A stretch of 64,000 nucleotides of DNA, from NCBI GenBank assembly GCA_050873645.1, contig JBNMJE010000001.1, forward strand, positions 4,255-68,254, in the 5' to 3' direction. Below, one piece after another: positions 1 through 10,082 of the stretch. Origin of the DNA: Succinivibrio sp. (lineage in GTDB: Bacteria > Pseudomonadota > Gammaproteobacteria > Enterobacterales > Succinivibrionaceae). The notes under the pieces are model-generated. The model had not been told where the DNA came from and made no database searches. It was given only the letters and a program-made list of their open reading frames with translations. The position numbers and the translations under genes were made by a program. Numbering within the stretch: position 1 is the stretch's first letter; each line of letters begins with the position of its first letter.

Positions 1-464
1 TCATTAGAGATATGCCAGCCTAATACAGCAGGGTGGTGTGAGTAACGCTCAGCCAATGCAGTATCAATCTTTCTTACCATCTCACGGTAAACTGGAGATG
101 AGGCACAGTGATTGTGACGGCCACCGTGTAAGGCTCTTACACGGTTGTCCCATACTCTTAAAACCTCAGGGTACTTTTTAGACATCCAGCCAGGGCGAGC
201 ACCACTAGGTGTAGCTAAAAAGACCTTTACACCGATACTGTTTAGGTTATCTAAAACTTTATCTAACCACTCAAAGTTGTATACGCCTTCTTGCGGCTCT
301 AATTTTGCCCATGAAAAGATACCTACTGACATAATTGAACAGTGAGCCTGTTTCATAAGCTCTAAATCTTTCTCTAAGATCTCAGGTGAGTCTAACCACT
401 GCTCAGGGTTATAGTCTGCTCCGTAGAAGATCTTATGCTTTCCAAATAAAGGTTCAAAAGACAT
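1..464 (-). CDS. ganB: GH42 beta-galactosidase, 5' part only (runs off the left edge)
   Basis: Not in the ORF track. Manual minus-strand translation from ATG at 464 gives MSFEPLFGKHKIFYGADYNPEQW...LATPSGARPGW...GRHNHC...WHISNE, with the GH42 motifs YNPEQW, ATPS, RHNHC and HISNE. Symbol follows Dickeya gan nomenclature. Confidence 0.9.
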   Translation of the reverse strand, partial: MSFEPLFGKHKIFYGADYNPEQWLDSPEILEKDLELMKQAHCSIMSVGIFSWAKLEPQEGVYNFEWLDKVLDNLNSIGVKVFLATPSGARPGWMSKKYPEVLRVWDNRVRALHGGRHNHCASSPVYREMVRKIDTALAERYSHHPAVLGWHISN

Positions 465-478
465 TGTTATAATTCCGT

Positions 479-1726
479 TTAATCGTTAAATACTTTTACA
501 GACTCAAGAACTTTACCGTCCTTATCAAATAGAGCCTGATTCTCTCGAGCATTACCTACAGTGCAGCTTGCATCACAGTTAATGTATTTAAATGAAGCAG
601 GAGTTCCCCAGGAAATCTCTTTGCCCTTTACAGTCTTCCAGGTTGTACCCCAGTAGAAGAAGCCTGTACCACCAGCTTTATTGATACCTTCTAAAAGATC
701 TTTTAAGTATGAGTACTGTCCTTGAACTGATGCTTCATAGCCTGCGGTTTTAGCATCCTTTTCAGAGAAGTCATTAGCTAAATTGTCTTCACTTACTAAG
801 GTGTATGGATAGCTGCCTTCAACTACCTGAACCTCTTTACCGTAGGTCTCACGTACCCACTTGATGTTGTCCTCTAGTGCCTGAATACCACCGTCCCACC
901 AGGTGTACATGGACATACCGATGACATCAAATGGTACGTTGCGTTTGGTGATTTCATCAAACCACCACTTGTAAAGGTTCTGATCAGGACCCTTGGCTAG
1001 GTGCAGCATAACTTTGCATTCAGAGTTACCTTTAGCCTCATCAAAGCCTTTGATAGCTGATTTTAAAAGCTCAGCTAATCTGTCAAACTCATGACCGTCG
1101 CCACCCCAGCTCTTGCCTTCAGGCCATAAGATACCTGAGTTAATTTCATTACCGATCTGGACCATGTCAGGCATTACACCTTCTTTTTTGAAAGTAGCAA
1201 TGGTGTCTTTGGTGTACTTGTAGATAGCTTTATTAAGTTCAGCAAAAGATAACTTTTCCCAGGCTTTTGGCTTTAACTGTTTGCCAGGATCTGTCCAGAA
1301 ATCTGAATAGTGGAAGTCTAATAAGAACTTCACACCTAAGGCTTTAATTCTTTTAGCTAAAGCTAAAGTGGTCTTTAAATCATTGTGTCCTGCGCCATAG
1401 GTATTACCGTCTTTATCCTGTGGATCAACCCAAAGGCGTACACGCATATAGTTAATGCCGTTGTTCTTTAAGATAGTAAGAGCATCAGCTTCATTGCCGT
1501 TTGCATCATAGTATTTAAAGCCGTTCTCTTCCATTTCAGCTAACTCTGATACATCAGCGCCTTTAATAAAGGTTGATGGCAGATTAGCTTTTACAAAATC
1601 TACATCTTTAGCATTAACAGTCTGATTTACAACAGTATTGTTATTGTCTGTTGCTGTGTTTGAAGCGCAAGCGCCCATCATTGCTGACAGTACAGCCACT
1701 GCCAGCACTTTTAATGATTTATTCAT
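479..1726 (-). CDS. ganA: GH53 endo-beta-1,4-galactanase, predicted lipoprotein
   Basis: KGADVS, RVRLWVDP, LLDFHYSDFWTDPGKQ and VQIGNEIN (acid/base Glu) motifs; lipobox MMGAC (Cys20). Confidence 0.92.
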   Translation of the reverse strand: MNKSLKVLAVAVLSAMMGACASNTATDNNNTVVNQTVNAKDVDFVKANLPSTFIKGADVSELAEMEENGFKYYDANGNEADALTILKNNGINYMRVRLWVDPQDKDGNTYGAGHNDLKTTLALAKRIKALGVKFLLDFHYSDFWTDPGKQLKPKAWEKLSFAELNKAIYKYTKDTIATFKKEGVMPDMVQIGNEINSGILWPEGKSWGGDGHEFDRLAELLKSAIKGFDEAKGNSECKVMLHLAKGPDQNLYKWWFDEITKRNVPFDVIGMSMYTWWDGGIQALEDNIKWVRETYGKEVQVVEGSYPYTLVSEDNLANDFSEKDAKTAGYEASVQGQYSYLKDLLEGINKAGGTGFFYWGTTWKTVKGKEISWGTPASFKYINCDASCTVGNARENQALFDKDGKVLESVKVFND

Positions 1727-1754
1727 GATTTTTTTCCTAGATTATGTTTGTTGA

Positions 1755-2603
1755 TTAACCTTTAGAACCACCTGCTGTAAGTCCTGATACGAAGAACTTC
1801 TGTAACCATAAGAACAGTAGAGCAACTGGTACTGAAATCAGTACGGCACCTGCTGCATAGGTGGTGTAACTTGCTCCCATCTTCATGGAAACTAAGTTAT
1901 ACAGACCGATTGGCAGTGTGAACTGATCAGGTGTTCTTAAAATAGTGGTTGAGAGAATGAAGTCGCCTAATGGACCTGTAAATGAGAACAGGGCAATTAC
2001 CGCAATAATTGGCTTTGATAAAGGCATAATGATCTCACAGAAGATTCTGAAGTGACCTGCGCCATCCATTCTAGCTGACTCATCCATATCACGAGGAATA
2101 GCATCGATATAGCCTTTCATCAGGTAAGTGTTCATAGGGATCATGCCACCTACATAGATTAAGACTAAAGCTAAATGTGAGTTTACAAGTCCTAACATCT
2201 GTGACAGTACAAAGATAGCAATCAGTGCTGAAAACTGAGGGATCATTTGTAGTAACAGGAATAGAACCAAACCATTCTTACGACCGACGAAACGGAAGCG
2301 TGAGAAAGAGTAAGCTGTAAAGCTTACAAAGATTAAGGTTAATACCATGGTAAAGAAACTGATCTTCATGGAGTTCCAGTACCAGGTTACATAATCAACC
2401 TGTCCGTTAAAGAGGGCAGCGTAGTGCTCAAAAGAAATATTCTTAGGAATAATTGATGAGCTCATTAAGCTGTTGCCAGGATTTAATGATGCACCTACTG
2501 TCCATACTAATGGGTAGATGATGAGCAAACTTACAAATCCAATTACCAGCCAGGTTAAACCTAGTCTTATGTGAGTCTGACGTTTAATACTGCTTTTAAC
2601 CAT
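1755..2603 (-). CDS. ganG: Galacto-oligosaccharide ABC permease (MalG-like)
   Basis: Multiple TM segments, EAA loop IPRDMDESARMDGA, C-terminal FVSGLTAGGSKG. Confidence 0.88.
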   Translation of the reverse strand: MVKSSIKRQTHIRLGLTWLVIGFVSLLIIYPLVWTVGASLNPGNSLMSSSIIPKNISFEHYAALFNGQVDYVTWYWNSMKISFFTMVLTLIFVSFTAYSFSRFRFVGRKNGLVLFLLLQMIPQFSALIAIFVLSQMLGLVNSHLALVLIYVGGMIPMNTYLMKGYIDAIPRDMDESARMDGAGHFRIFCEIIMPLSKPIIAVIALFSFTGPLGDFILSTTILRTPDQFTLPIGLYNLVSMKMGASYTTYAAGAVLISVPVALLFLWLQKFFVSGLTAGGSKG

Positions 2604-2615
2604 TTTTTATTCCTC

Positions 2616-3929
2616 TTACATCATCTCATCATTCTTGAAAGCACTTGATCTTCTGAACTGCCATAGTGCGATACCTACAACAAAGATTGACAGTAGAATG
2701 GTGATAGCTGCAGCTACAGAGTACTGTGAAGAGCTCATGGTTAACTTATAAATCCATGATACTAAGATATCTGTACCACCTGCATTTGAACCAGGAACAG
2801 CAGGACCACCGTTGTTGAACAGGTAAATAATGTTGAAGTTGTTAAAGTTAAAGGTGTACTGAGTAATGATAATTGGAGCAATGGAGTACAGTACTAATGG
2901 CAGTGTGATAGTACGTAACTTGGTAAATGAGCTTGCGCCGTCCATAGTAGCTGCTTCATACAGATCCTCAGGAATAGCCTGCAGAACACCTGTAGTCATT
3001 GCAAACACAAATGGGAAACCTAACCAGGTCTGCATCATGATTAAAGCAGTCTTAGTCCAGAAAGGATCGGTCATCCAAGCTTTAGGCTCGATACCAAACA
3101 TTGGCAGAATTGAGTTGTTGATAACACCAAAGCTGTCGTTGAACATACCTGCAAATACTAAGATGGTAACGAAACCAGGTACAGCCCAAGGTAAAATGAA
3201 GATGGTTCTTACAATGCCTCTAAAGCGTAAGTCTTTCTGATTTACAAGGATAGCCAGTAACACACCTACAGAGCACTGTAAGGTAGTAGCTAAAACTGTC
3301 CAAACAACTGTCCACTGTAATACATCAAAGAAGGTATTACGCCATAGCTTTAATGAGAAGATGTTTTCAAAGATCTTAAAGCCAACCCAGTGTACTAATT
3401 TTGCTGGAGGTGCGTTATACAGGTTGTAGTTGGTAAAGGCGATAGCAAAACCGAAAATAATTGGGAAGATAACAACGAATACTAGAATGATAAAGCCAGG
3501 GGCAATCATTAAGTATGGGAAACCGTTATCTAAGAGGTTCTTGTATTGGCTACGAACTGAGTAAAGTGCTTTACCCTCGTCTCTTCTCTTACCGCACTCA
3601 TAAGCATCATGTAAAGATACGCCCCACAGAGCCAGTGCTAAGATCACCATAAGTACAGTGATGATACCTTCAGCTAATAAGAAGATAGAGTTATCACGTG
3701 GTACCTGCTCGCCTAAAGTAACTAATCCCCACAGACCGTGAGAGACTAAATCTTTAGAGCAAGAAAAGAAACTTACCAGAAAGATAAAAAAGATAAGACC
3801 TTTTACCCATTGACGGTTATAGAACTGACCGCCACCTGGAATAATGCCTAAAATGAGAGCTGTTAATGCATGATGTGTTGCATTGACGTTCCCTTTGCTA
3901 GTATTGACAACTTCCACTTCGACCACCAA
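2616..3929 (-). CDS. ganF: Galacto-oligosaccharide ABC permease (MalF-like)
   Basis: EAA loop IPEDLYEAATMDGAS, PWAVP motif, TM segments. True start may be the GTG at 3917. Confidence 0.88.
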   Translation of the reverse strand: MVVEVEVVNTSKGNVNATHHALTALILGIIPGGGQFYNRQWVKGLIFFIFLVSFFSCSKDLVSHGLWGLVTLGEQVPRDNSIFLLAEGIITVLMVILALALWGVSLHDAYECGKRRDEGKALYSVRSQYKNLLDNGFPYLMIAPGFIILVFVVIFPIIFGFAIAFTNYNLYNAPPAKLVHWVGFKIFENIFSLKLWRNTFFDVLQWTVVWTVLATTLQCSVGVLLAILVNQKDLRFRGIVRTIFILPWAVPGFVTILVFAGMFNDSFGVINNSILPMFGIEPKAWMTDPFWTKTALIMMQTWLGFPFVFAMTTGVLQAIPEDLYEAATMDGASSFTKLRTITLPLVLYSIAPIIITQYTFNFNNFNIIYLFNNGGPAVPGSNAGGTDILVSWIYKLTMSSSQYSVAAAITILLSIFVVGIALWQFRRSSAFKNDEMM

Positions 3930-4021
3930 TTGTTTTACTAAATGTGTTTATTTAATGTTATAAGTTAGTTTTTGGGATTTTTATAAAGGGCAGATTGCTC
4001 TGCCCTTTGGGTAATTTTTAA

Positions 4022-5239
4022 TTACATGCCAGAGCGGAATGCTTCGATCTGGTTGTGGATATGATCGGTAGCACCCTGTAGAGCAGATTTAACATCCTGC
4101 TTACCAGTTACGCTTAACTGTAGCGCTGCATCGATAGGACCCCAAACTTCAGACATCTCAGGAATTGATGGCATTGGAGTTGCACGGGACGCCTGAGTTG
4201 CAATAGCTGATGCAATTGCGTTGTCCTGAATGATTGAGTCTGCCATAACTTCCTTAATAGGAGGGATCTCCATGGTCTCCTTAAAGCGGATTGCAGCATA
4301 TTTAGGCTGGTTGATGTAATTGATGAACTTCTCAGCTAAATCATGATCTTTTGCCCATGATGAGATTACATAACCTTTAACACCCATAAATGAGCTCATA
4401 TCTTTGCCATTTGGTAATTTTGGTAGTGGTACCACACCAAAATCAACACCTGCTTTGGTGTATGGCTCAACTGCCCATGGTCCGTTGATAACAGCAGCTG
4501 CTTTCTTTTCTGTAAAGAGTGAATCGATAGCATTGATACCGTTGTCACCGATGATACCTGCAGGGAATAAGCCTTCAGTGTAGAACTTCTTAATATACTC
4601 AACACCTTGTACTGCGCCGTCATTTGACAGACCAACATCCTCGGCATCATAATTACCGTCAGCATCGCGCTTGAATACATAAGCACCATATGGAGCTAGA
4701 GCACCATAAGCGTAGTAGATTGAGTCAAACTTAGCTAATAAGCCGAAGTTACCGTCTTTGGTGTGCTCTTTTGAATACTTATAGTACTCATCAAAAGTTT
4801 CAAAAGGCTTTTTAATCATTTCTTTGTTGTAGAACATTACAACTGTCTCTACAACTTTAGGTACACCGTAGATCTGACCGTTTGCTGTAAAAGCTGAGAT
4901 TGCTGAATTGATGTACTTGTCTGCATTTTCCTGCATTGACTTAACAGGGGTGATTAGATTCTGTACAACAGCTGCGCCTAACTGATCATGTGGAATAACC
5001 ATTACATCAGGACCAATACCAGCAGGGCCGTCTAAACGCAGTTTTTCAATCTGCTGTGTATATGGCATTTCCTGAATGTTAACTTTAACATCAAACTCTT
5101 TTTCAAAGTCTGCTACAGCCTGAGTGATACCTTTTGACTTCTGGATATCCTCCCAAACGTTAAGCTGTGTCTGTGCTGCTGCAAAGCCTGAGGTTAAGGT
5201 TAAGCCTAAAGCTAAGGCTAATTTAGATAAGTTGGTCAT
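4022..5239 (-). CDS. ganE: Maltose/galacto-oligosaccharide ABC solute-binding protein, copy 1
   Basis: Signal peptide; LDGPAGIGPDV, AAAVINGPW and PMPSIPEMSEVW motifs of MalE/CycB-type proteins; first gene of the operon. Confidence 0.88.
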   Translation of the reverse strand: MTNLSKLALALGLTLTSGFAAAQTQLNVWEDIQKSKGITQAVADFEKEFDVKVNIQEMPYTQQIEKLRLDGPAGIGPDVMVIPHDQLGAAVVQNLITPVKSMQENADKYINSAISAFTANGQIYGVPKVVETVVMFYNKEMIKKPFETFDEYYKYSKEHTKDGNFGLLAKFDSIYYAYGALAPYGAYVFKRDADGNYDAEDVGLSNDGAVQGVEYIKKFYTEGLFPAGIIGDNGINAIDSLFTEKKAAAVINGPWAVEPYTKAGVDFGVVPLPKLPNGKDMSSFMGVKGYVISSWAKDHDLAEKFINYINQPKYAAIRFKETMEIPPIKEVMADSIIQDNAIASAIATQASRATPMPSIPEMSEVWGPIDAALQLSVTGKQDVKSALQGATDHIHNQIEAFRSGM

Positions 5240-5252
5240 ATTAACTCCTGTA

Positions 5253-5267
5253 TGTGAACGCTATACA
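5253..5267. promoter_or_regulatory. Lac-operator-like site (putative GanR operator) upstream of ganE
   Basis: TGTGAACGCTATACA next to the ganE RBS; the TGTGAACG core recurs at 9915-9925 (reverse) and 10024-10038. Confidence 0.6.
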
Positions 5268-5369
5268 TTATGTTGTGCTGAGCGTGTATATTAAATTAAG
5301 AATAAATTAACAAATAGGTAATTTATGCTTTTTATATAAGGTAGTATGTAAATGAATTAAAATACATAA

Positions 5370-5399
5370 TGTGATGTAATTTACTTGAGGTTTATCACA
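5370..5399. promoter_or_regulatory. Possible CRP-like sites in the ganE/ganK divergent promoter
   Basis: TGTGA-N6-TTACT (5370-5385) and CTTGA-N6-TCACA (5384-5399); partial matches to TGTGA-N6-TCACA in an AT-rich region. Confidence 0.35.
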
Positions 5400-5574
5400 A
5401 AAATGTATAAAAATAATCATGAGATGTAAAAAGAAATGTATATTTAATATCAAATCATGTTTAACTCATGTATAAAAACATACAAACTACATGATAAAAG
5501 AATACATGATACAGATTTAAAATTTTTTTTGAAGCTATAAACAAGCTATAAACAAACAGTTCATCGGAGAGTTT

Positions 5575-6720
5575 TTGATGGCAAGTATCGAATTGAGAAA
5601 TGTAACCAAAGCCTACGGCAAAGTTGTTACTTTAAAGAATATCAATCTACGTATTGAAGATGGTGAGTTAACTGTCTTTGTAGGTCCTTCAGGCTGTGGT
5701 AAGTCAACCATGTTAAGAATGATTGCAGGCCTTGAGGAAATCACTGATGGTGAACTGTTAATTGATAACGAAGTTGTTAATGATGTAACCCCAGCTGATC
5801 GTGGTGTTGCTATGGTGTTCCAGTCATATGCTCTGTATCCTCATATGACTGTAGCTGAGAATATGGCTTACTCTCTTAAGATCCACAAAGTACCTAAAGC
5901 TGAGATCGAGCGTGAGGTTCATGAGGTAGCTAAAGCACTGCAGATTGAGCATCTATTAGACAGAAAGCCAAAGCAGTTATCAGGCGGTCAGAGACAGCGT
6001 GTGGCTATCGGTCGTGCGATTGTAAGAAAGCCTAAGGTATTTACTTTCGATGAGCCTTTATCAAATCTTGATGCAGAGTTAAGAGTGGAGATGCGTCTTC
6101 ATATTGCCAGAATGCATCATGACATGAAGACTACCATGGTATATGTAACTCATGATCAGGTTGAAGCTATGACTTTAGCTGACAAGATCGTAGTTATGAA
6201 CTTTGGTAAGGTAGAACAGGTCGGTGCTCCTATGGATCTGTACTACAACCCTTGCAACAAGTTCGTAGCAGGCTTTATCGGTTCACCTAAGATGAACTTC
6301 ATTTCAACTACTATTTCAAAGGTAGAGCCAGGCTTTGCTCATGTAGCTCTAGATGGTCAGGATGTTAAGGTGCCTGCTTTAACTGATGGTGTCAAGGCAG
6401 GTGACAAGGTAACAGTAGGTATTCGCCCTGAGTATATCTGCATCGGTGCAATCCAAAAATCACTTGAGGTTTTAGGTGGTGAACCTGGTGTTACTTTAAA
6501 CTTTGATTCAGATGTTGTAGAGCGCCTAGGTAACAACACTTATGTATATGGTACCTGCTGTGGTCAGGATAACTTTAAGGTAATTCTGCCAGGTGACGTA
6601 CAGGCTCCTGCCCGTCAAAAGACTCAGGTTTCGACTCTCATTAAGAACATCATGCTCTTTAATGACAAGGATGAGCGTATCTATGCAAACGAGGAGCAGC
6701 GCCAGAAGAACCAGATTTAG
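5575..6720 (+). CDS. ganK: Sugar ABC transporter ATP-binding protein (MalK/MsmK family)
   Basis: Walker A GPSGCGKST, signature LSGGQRQRVAIGR, DEPLSNLD, VYVTHDQVEAM, C-terminal TOBE region. Start may be 5578. Confidence 0.92.
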   Translation: MMASIELRNVTKAYGKVVTLKNINLRIEDGELTVFVGPSGCGKSTMLRMIAGLEEITDGELLIDNEVVNDVTPADRGVAMVFQSYALYPHMTVAENMAYSLKIHKVPKAEIEREVHEVAKALQIEHLLDRKPKQLSGGQRQRVAIGRAIVRKPKVFTFDEPLSNLDAELRVEMRLHIARMHHDMKTTMVYVTHDQVEAMTLADKIVVMNFGKVEQVGAPMDLYYNPCNKFVAGFIGSPKMNFISTTISKVEPGFAHVALDGQDVKVPALTDGVKAGDKVTVGIRPEYICIGAIQKSLEVLGGEPGVTLNFDSDVVERLGNNTYVYGTCCGQDNFKVILPGDVQAPARQKTQVSTLIKNIMLFNDKDERIYANEEQRQKNQI

Positions 6721-6773
6721 TCACAAGATCCCATAATAATTGATATTTGTTTTTTTCATCAATTATTCATCTT

Positions 6774-6815
6774 CCTAGTCTATTTTAAACTCTCGAAAAT
6801 AGACTAGGTCTTTTT
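6774..6815 (+). terminator. Intrinsic terminator after ganK
   Basis: cctagtctatttt / aaaatagactagg stem followed by tcttttt. Confidence 0.75.
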
Positions 6816-7190
6816 GCCTGCTTTTAAAGCAGTCTCTTTAGTGATTTTTTCTAATCTGTATTACTTTATTACAAGTAAAAACAAATTAGAAAATGTTACA
6901 GATCCTGTTTTGCTTTTTAAATCTTACTTCTTGAAAATAAAGCATAATTTTAGTATTTGATTGTTATTACTCATAAAAATGTAATAAATAATGTGAATTT
7001 TGATAAATATTGGGTGTTTTATCACAAAAACTGTTAATTATGCTACAAGATTGGACTTATTAATTTATACTCATAAGCAATGAAAACGCATACATATCGG
7101 ATGGAATGCGCTTTTGTTAAATTAAACAAAGATTTTAAACAATCTCAATTTAAACAAACAACAATCAAACAACCTAGGGAAAAATCAGTT

Positions 7191-8423
7191 ATGAAATTAC
7201 TCTCAAAACTATCAGTAGTTGTAAGTTCAGTTCTATGTCTTTCAACTGCTCTATCAACTGTAGCTAACGCTGCAGAGCAAATTACCGTTTGGGAAGATCT
7301 GCAAAAGGGTAAGGGCATCGAGCAGGCTGCTAAAGACTTTGAAAAAGAAACTGGAGTCAAAGTAAACATCGTGGAGATGCGTTACACCTTACAGCTAGAA
7401 AAGATCCGTCTAGATGGTCCTGCTGGTATCGGTGCAGACGTGATGTTAATTCCTAACGATCAGTTAGGCTCAGCAGTAGTACAGGGACTGATTAACCCAA
7501 TTGATACTAACTTAACTCCAACTGACGATTACCTGCCAGCTTCAATTGAAGCTTTTACCCAAGATCAAAAGCTCTACGGTGTTCCAAAGGTAATTGAAAC
7601 CTTAGGCCTTTTCTACAATAAAGACATCATTAAAGAACCTTTAAGAACCATGGATGACTACTATGCTTACTCATCAAAGAGAGTAGCTGAAGGTAAGTTA
7701 GGTCTTTTAGCAAAGTTCGATGAGATCTATTACGCTATCTCTGCACTAGAGCCATATGGTGCTTATGTCTTTGGAAAAGATGCAACCGGTAACTACAACG
7801 CAGAGGATGTAGGCTTTAACAATGACGGTGCAGTACAGGCTACAGAGTATATTTCAAAGTTCTATAAAGACGGTTTATTCCCTGTAGGTATCATGGGACA
7901 GAATGGCTTGAATGCTATTGACTCTCTATTTACAGAGGGTAAAGCTGCTGCTGTAATCAATGGACCTTGGGTAGTTGAGCCATACCAGAAATCAGGTATT
8001 AACTTTGGTGTAGTACCTCTACCAAAGATGCCTAACGGTAAAGATATGACCTCATTTATGGGCGTACGTGGTTATGTAATTTCACATTGGACAAAGAACC
8101 AGGAGTTAGCTCAGAAGTTCATTAACTTTGCTAATCAGCCTAAGTATGCAAAGATCCGCTTTGAAACTACTACAGAGATCCCTCCATTAAAGTCTGTTCT
8201 AGATGATCCAATCATTAAGAACAATGAGATTGCTTCAGCTTTCGCTCAGCAGGCTTTAAGATCATATCCAATGCCTTCAATTCCAGAAATGGCTGAGGTT
8301 TGGATACCTATGGATTCAAGTTTGCAACTGTGTTTAGTAGGCAAGCAGGATGTTAAATCTGCTTTAGATGATGCTGTTAAGTTAATCAATCAGCAGATTG
8401 AAGCTTTCAGATCACAGATGTAA
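7191..8423 (+). CDS. Galacto-oligosaccharide ABC solute-binding protein, copy 2 (paralog of 4022-5239)
   Basis: Co-linear with copy 1 (IRLDGPAGIGADV, LLAKFDEIYYA, PMPSIPEMAEVW, QIEAFRS). Start reassigned to ATG 7191, which begins the signal peptide MKLLSKLSVVV. Confidence 0.88.
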   Translation: MKLLSKLSVVVSSVLCLSTALSTVANAAEQITVWEDLQKGKGIEQAAKDFEKETGVKVNIVEMRYTLQLEKIRLDGPAGIGADVMLIPNDQLGSAVVQGLINPIDTNLTPTDDYLPASIEAFTQDQKLYGVPKVIETLGLFYNKDIIKEPLRTMDDYYAYSSKRVAEGKLGLLAKFDEIYYAISALEPYGAYVFGKDATGNYNAEDVGFNNDGAVQATEYISKFYKDGLFPVGIMGQNGLNAIDSLFTEGKAAAVINGPWVVEPYQKSGINFGVVPLPKMPNGKDMTSFMGVRGYVISHWTKNQELAQKFINFANQPKYAKIRFETTTEIPPLKSVLDDPIIKNNEIASAFAQQALRSYPMPSIPEMAEVWIPMDSSLQLCLVGKQDVKSALDDAVKLINQQIEAFRSQM

Positions 8424-8507
8424 TCAGATCTTTAAGATCTTCTCAAAGGATAAAATGACACCTGTTAGAATTTGACAGGTGTTTAAATCGAGTTCTTCTC
8501 CAAAAAT

Positions 8508-8537
8508 AAAGCTATGGATTTTACTCCATAGCTTTTG
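8508..8537. terminator. Bidirectional terminator between the convergent SBP copy 2 and ganR
   Basis: aaagctatgga / tccatagcttt stem flanked by A and T runs. Confidence 0.65.
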
Positions 8538-8598
8538 TCGTTAAATCGTGTTTATTGAAAGAGTGTTTGTTTATAAAAAGAGTGTTTGAAGCTCTTTT

Positions 8599-9684
8599 CT
8601 ATTCAGCGTCTTCACTTTGCTCAAGAGCTGAAGCTACTTCACGTAATTTGTTAGCTAAAGTCTTTAAGTCCTGCTTTGATTCTCTTACTTTGCCTGATGA
8701 TTTTCTGACAATCAAAGTAGTAGGTAGAACTGATGAGACCTTAGGTTCATCTGGATTTGTTAACTTTTCAACAGCCAAACGACACTGCAGATCTCTATCT
8801 AAATGAACAGAGGTTAAAGGTGGAAGATAGTAAGCACTGTCAACATAATCGTCATAACCGATAACAGAGATGTCATCAGGTACATTCTTATGATTTTGAG
8901 TTAAAGCACTGATGGCACCTAAAGCCATCTGATCATTACCAACTAAAATAGCGGTAAAGTCATGGTGGTCACGTAGCATTTTTACAGTTGCAATGTAACC
9001 GCTCTGCGCTGTCCAATCGCCTCTTTCAAGGCATTCCTCCTCAAGATTATTGATCTTGATACCTTCTCTCCAGCACTTTAAACGTGAGTCTGCTGAGGAT
9101 ACACCCTCAGGACCTGCTAAAAGGGCAATCTTTTTATGACCTAACTCTCTTAAATGAGAAACAGAGAAGAGGGTACCGTCAGCAGGATTGAAGGTAACAT
9201 TAAAGACTGGGCAGTAAGGATCAACGTCGACAAAGAGGATCTGCATATCAGGATTGTTTTGAGTTAAGTTAATCGCATCCTGAGAATCCATAGGTACGTT
9301 AATAACTACCTTTGAAACGAGTTGACTCTTAAGTTCTAAAATTGAAGCTTCAACACTCTCATAGTCATTTTTACCAATAAGGTTAATGGCAATTGAATAT
9401 CCCTTTTCAAGAGCATATTTACGTACTAGTGATGCTACATCAACAGATGCTTGTGAGAGTAAAGCGGTACTGATGATACCTAAGGCATTAACTTCTTTTT
9501 TGGCTAGTTGCTGAGCTAAAAGATTTGGTACATATTTTAATTCAGCAATGGCATTTTCAATCTTATCTTTGGTAGCTGATGACACGTTACAGGAGTTATT
9601 TAATACTCTTGAAACGGTCTGGTATGACACACCTGCTTTTTCAGCCACATCTTTCATGGTGACTTTTCTGTTCTTAGTATCCAT
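8599..9684 (-). CDS. ganR: LacI-family transcriptional regulator of the galactan locus
   Basis: HTH TMKDVAEKAGVSYQTVSRVLN (recognition helix YQTVSRV as in E. coli LacI), hinge PNLLAQQL, GNDQMALG, SVIGYDD. Confidence 0.88.
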   Translation of the reverse strand: MDTKNRKVTMKDVAEKAGVSYQTVSRVLNNSCNVSSATKDKIENAIAELKYVPNLLAQQLAKKEVNALGIISTALLSQASVDVASLVRKYALEKGYSIAINLIGKNDYESVEASILELKSQLVSKVVINVPMDSQDAINLTQNNPDMQILFVDVDPYCPVFNVTFNPADGTLFSVSHLRELGHKKIALLAGPEGVSSADSRLKCWREGIKINNLEEECLERGDWTAQSGYIATVKMLRDHHDFTAILVGNDQMALGAISALTQNHKNVPDDISVIGYDDYVDSAYYLPPLTSVHLDRDLQCRLAVEKLTNPDEPKVSSVLPTTLIVRKSSGKVRESKQDLKTLANKLREVASALEQSEDAE

Positions 9685-10023
9685 TTTTATATTTATTATC
9701 CAATTTATTTTGTAATTGTTCTATTGTAATAGAACTTCTTAGTGTTGAGCTTAATCGTTAGTATGTCTAGTATATCCCATTTTGTATGAGCGTTTTTATA
9801 CAATATTCATCGGCTTGCATTAAAAATTCAACAAACATATCAAAAAACTTACATAACTCACAAAAAGCTAAAACTTCCTGATAAACAAAGGAATGAGAGC
9901 ATATTTTAAAAGAAATACGTTCACATTTCTATGTTTAAAATATTAAAAATATTTTGATATTGATCGAATTTTAATGAATGTATTCTTTAAAACAAAATAT
10001 TAATAACCTATGATTTATGTCAA

Positions 10024-10038
10024 TGTGAACGTATAACA
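10024..10038. promoter_or_regulatory. Lac-operator-like site upstream of the porin gene
   Basis: TGTGAACGTATAACA matches lac O1 core TGTGAGCGGATAACA at 13 of 15 positions. Confidence 0.65.
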
Positions 10039-10082
10039 AAAACATTCACATTATTAGTCAAACATAACTTAGGAAAAAATTT

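Noticed and set aside
145-345. 66-aa plus-strand ORF in the track
   Set aside because: Antisense shadow of the GH42 gene, which is the real coding frame.
7080-7190. 37-aa N-terminal extension of SBP copy 2 in the ORF track
   Set aside because: The signal peptide and alignment with copy 1 start at ATG 7191; the upstream part is AT-rich leader containing an operator-like site.
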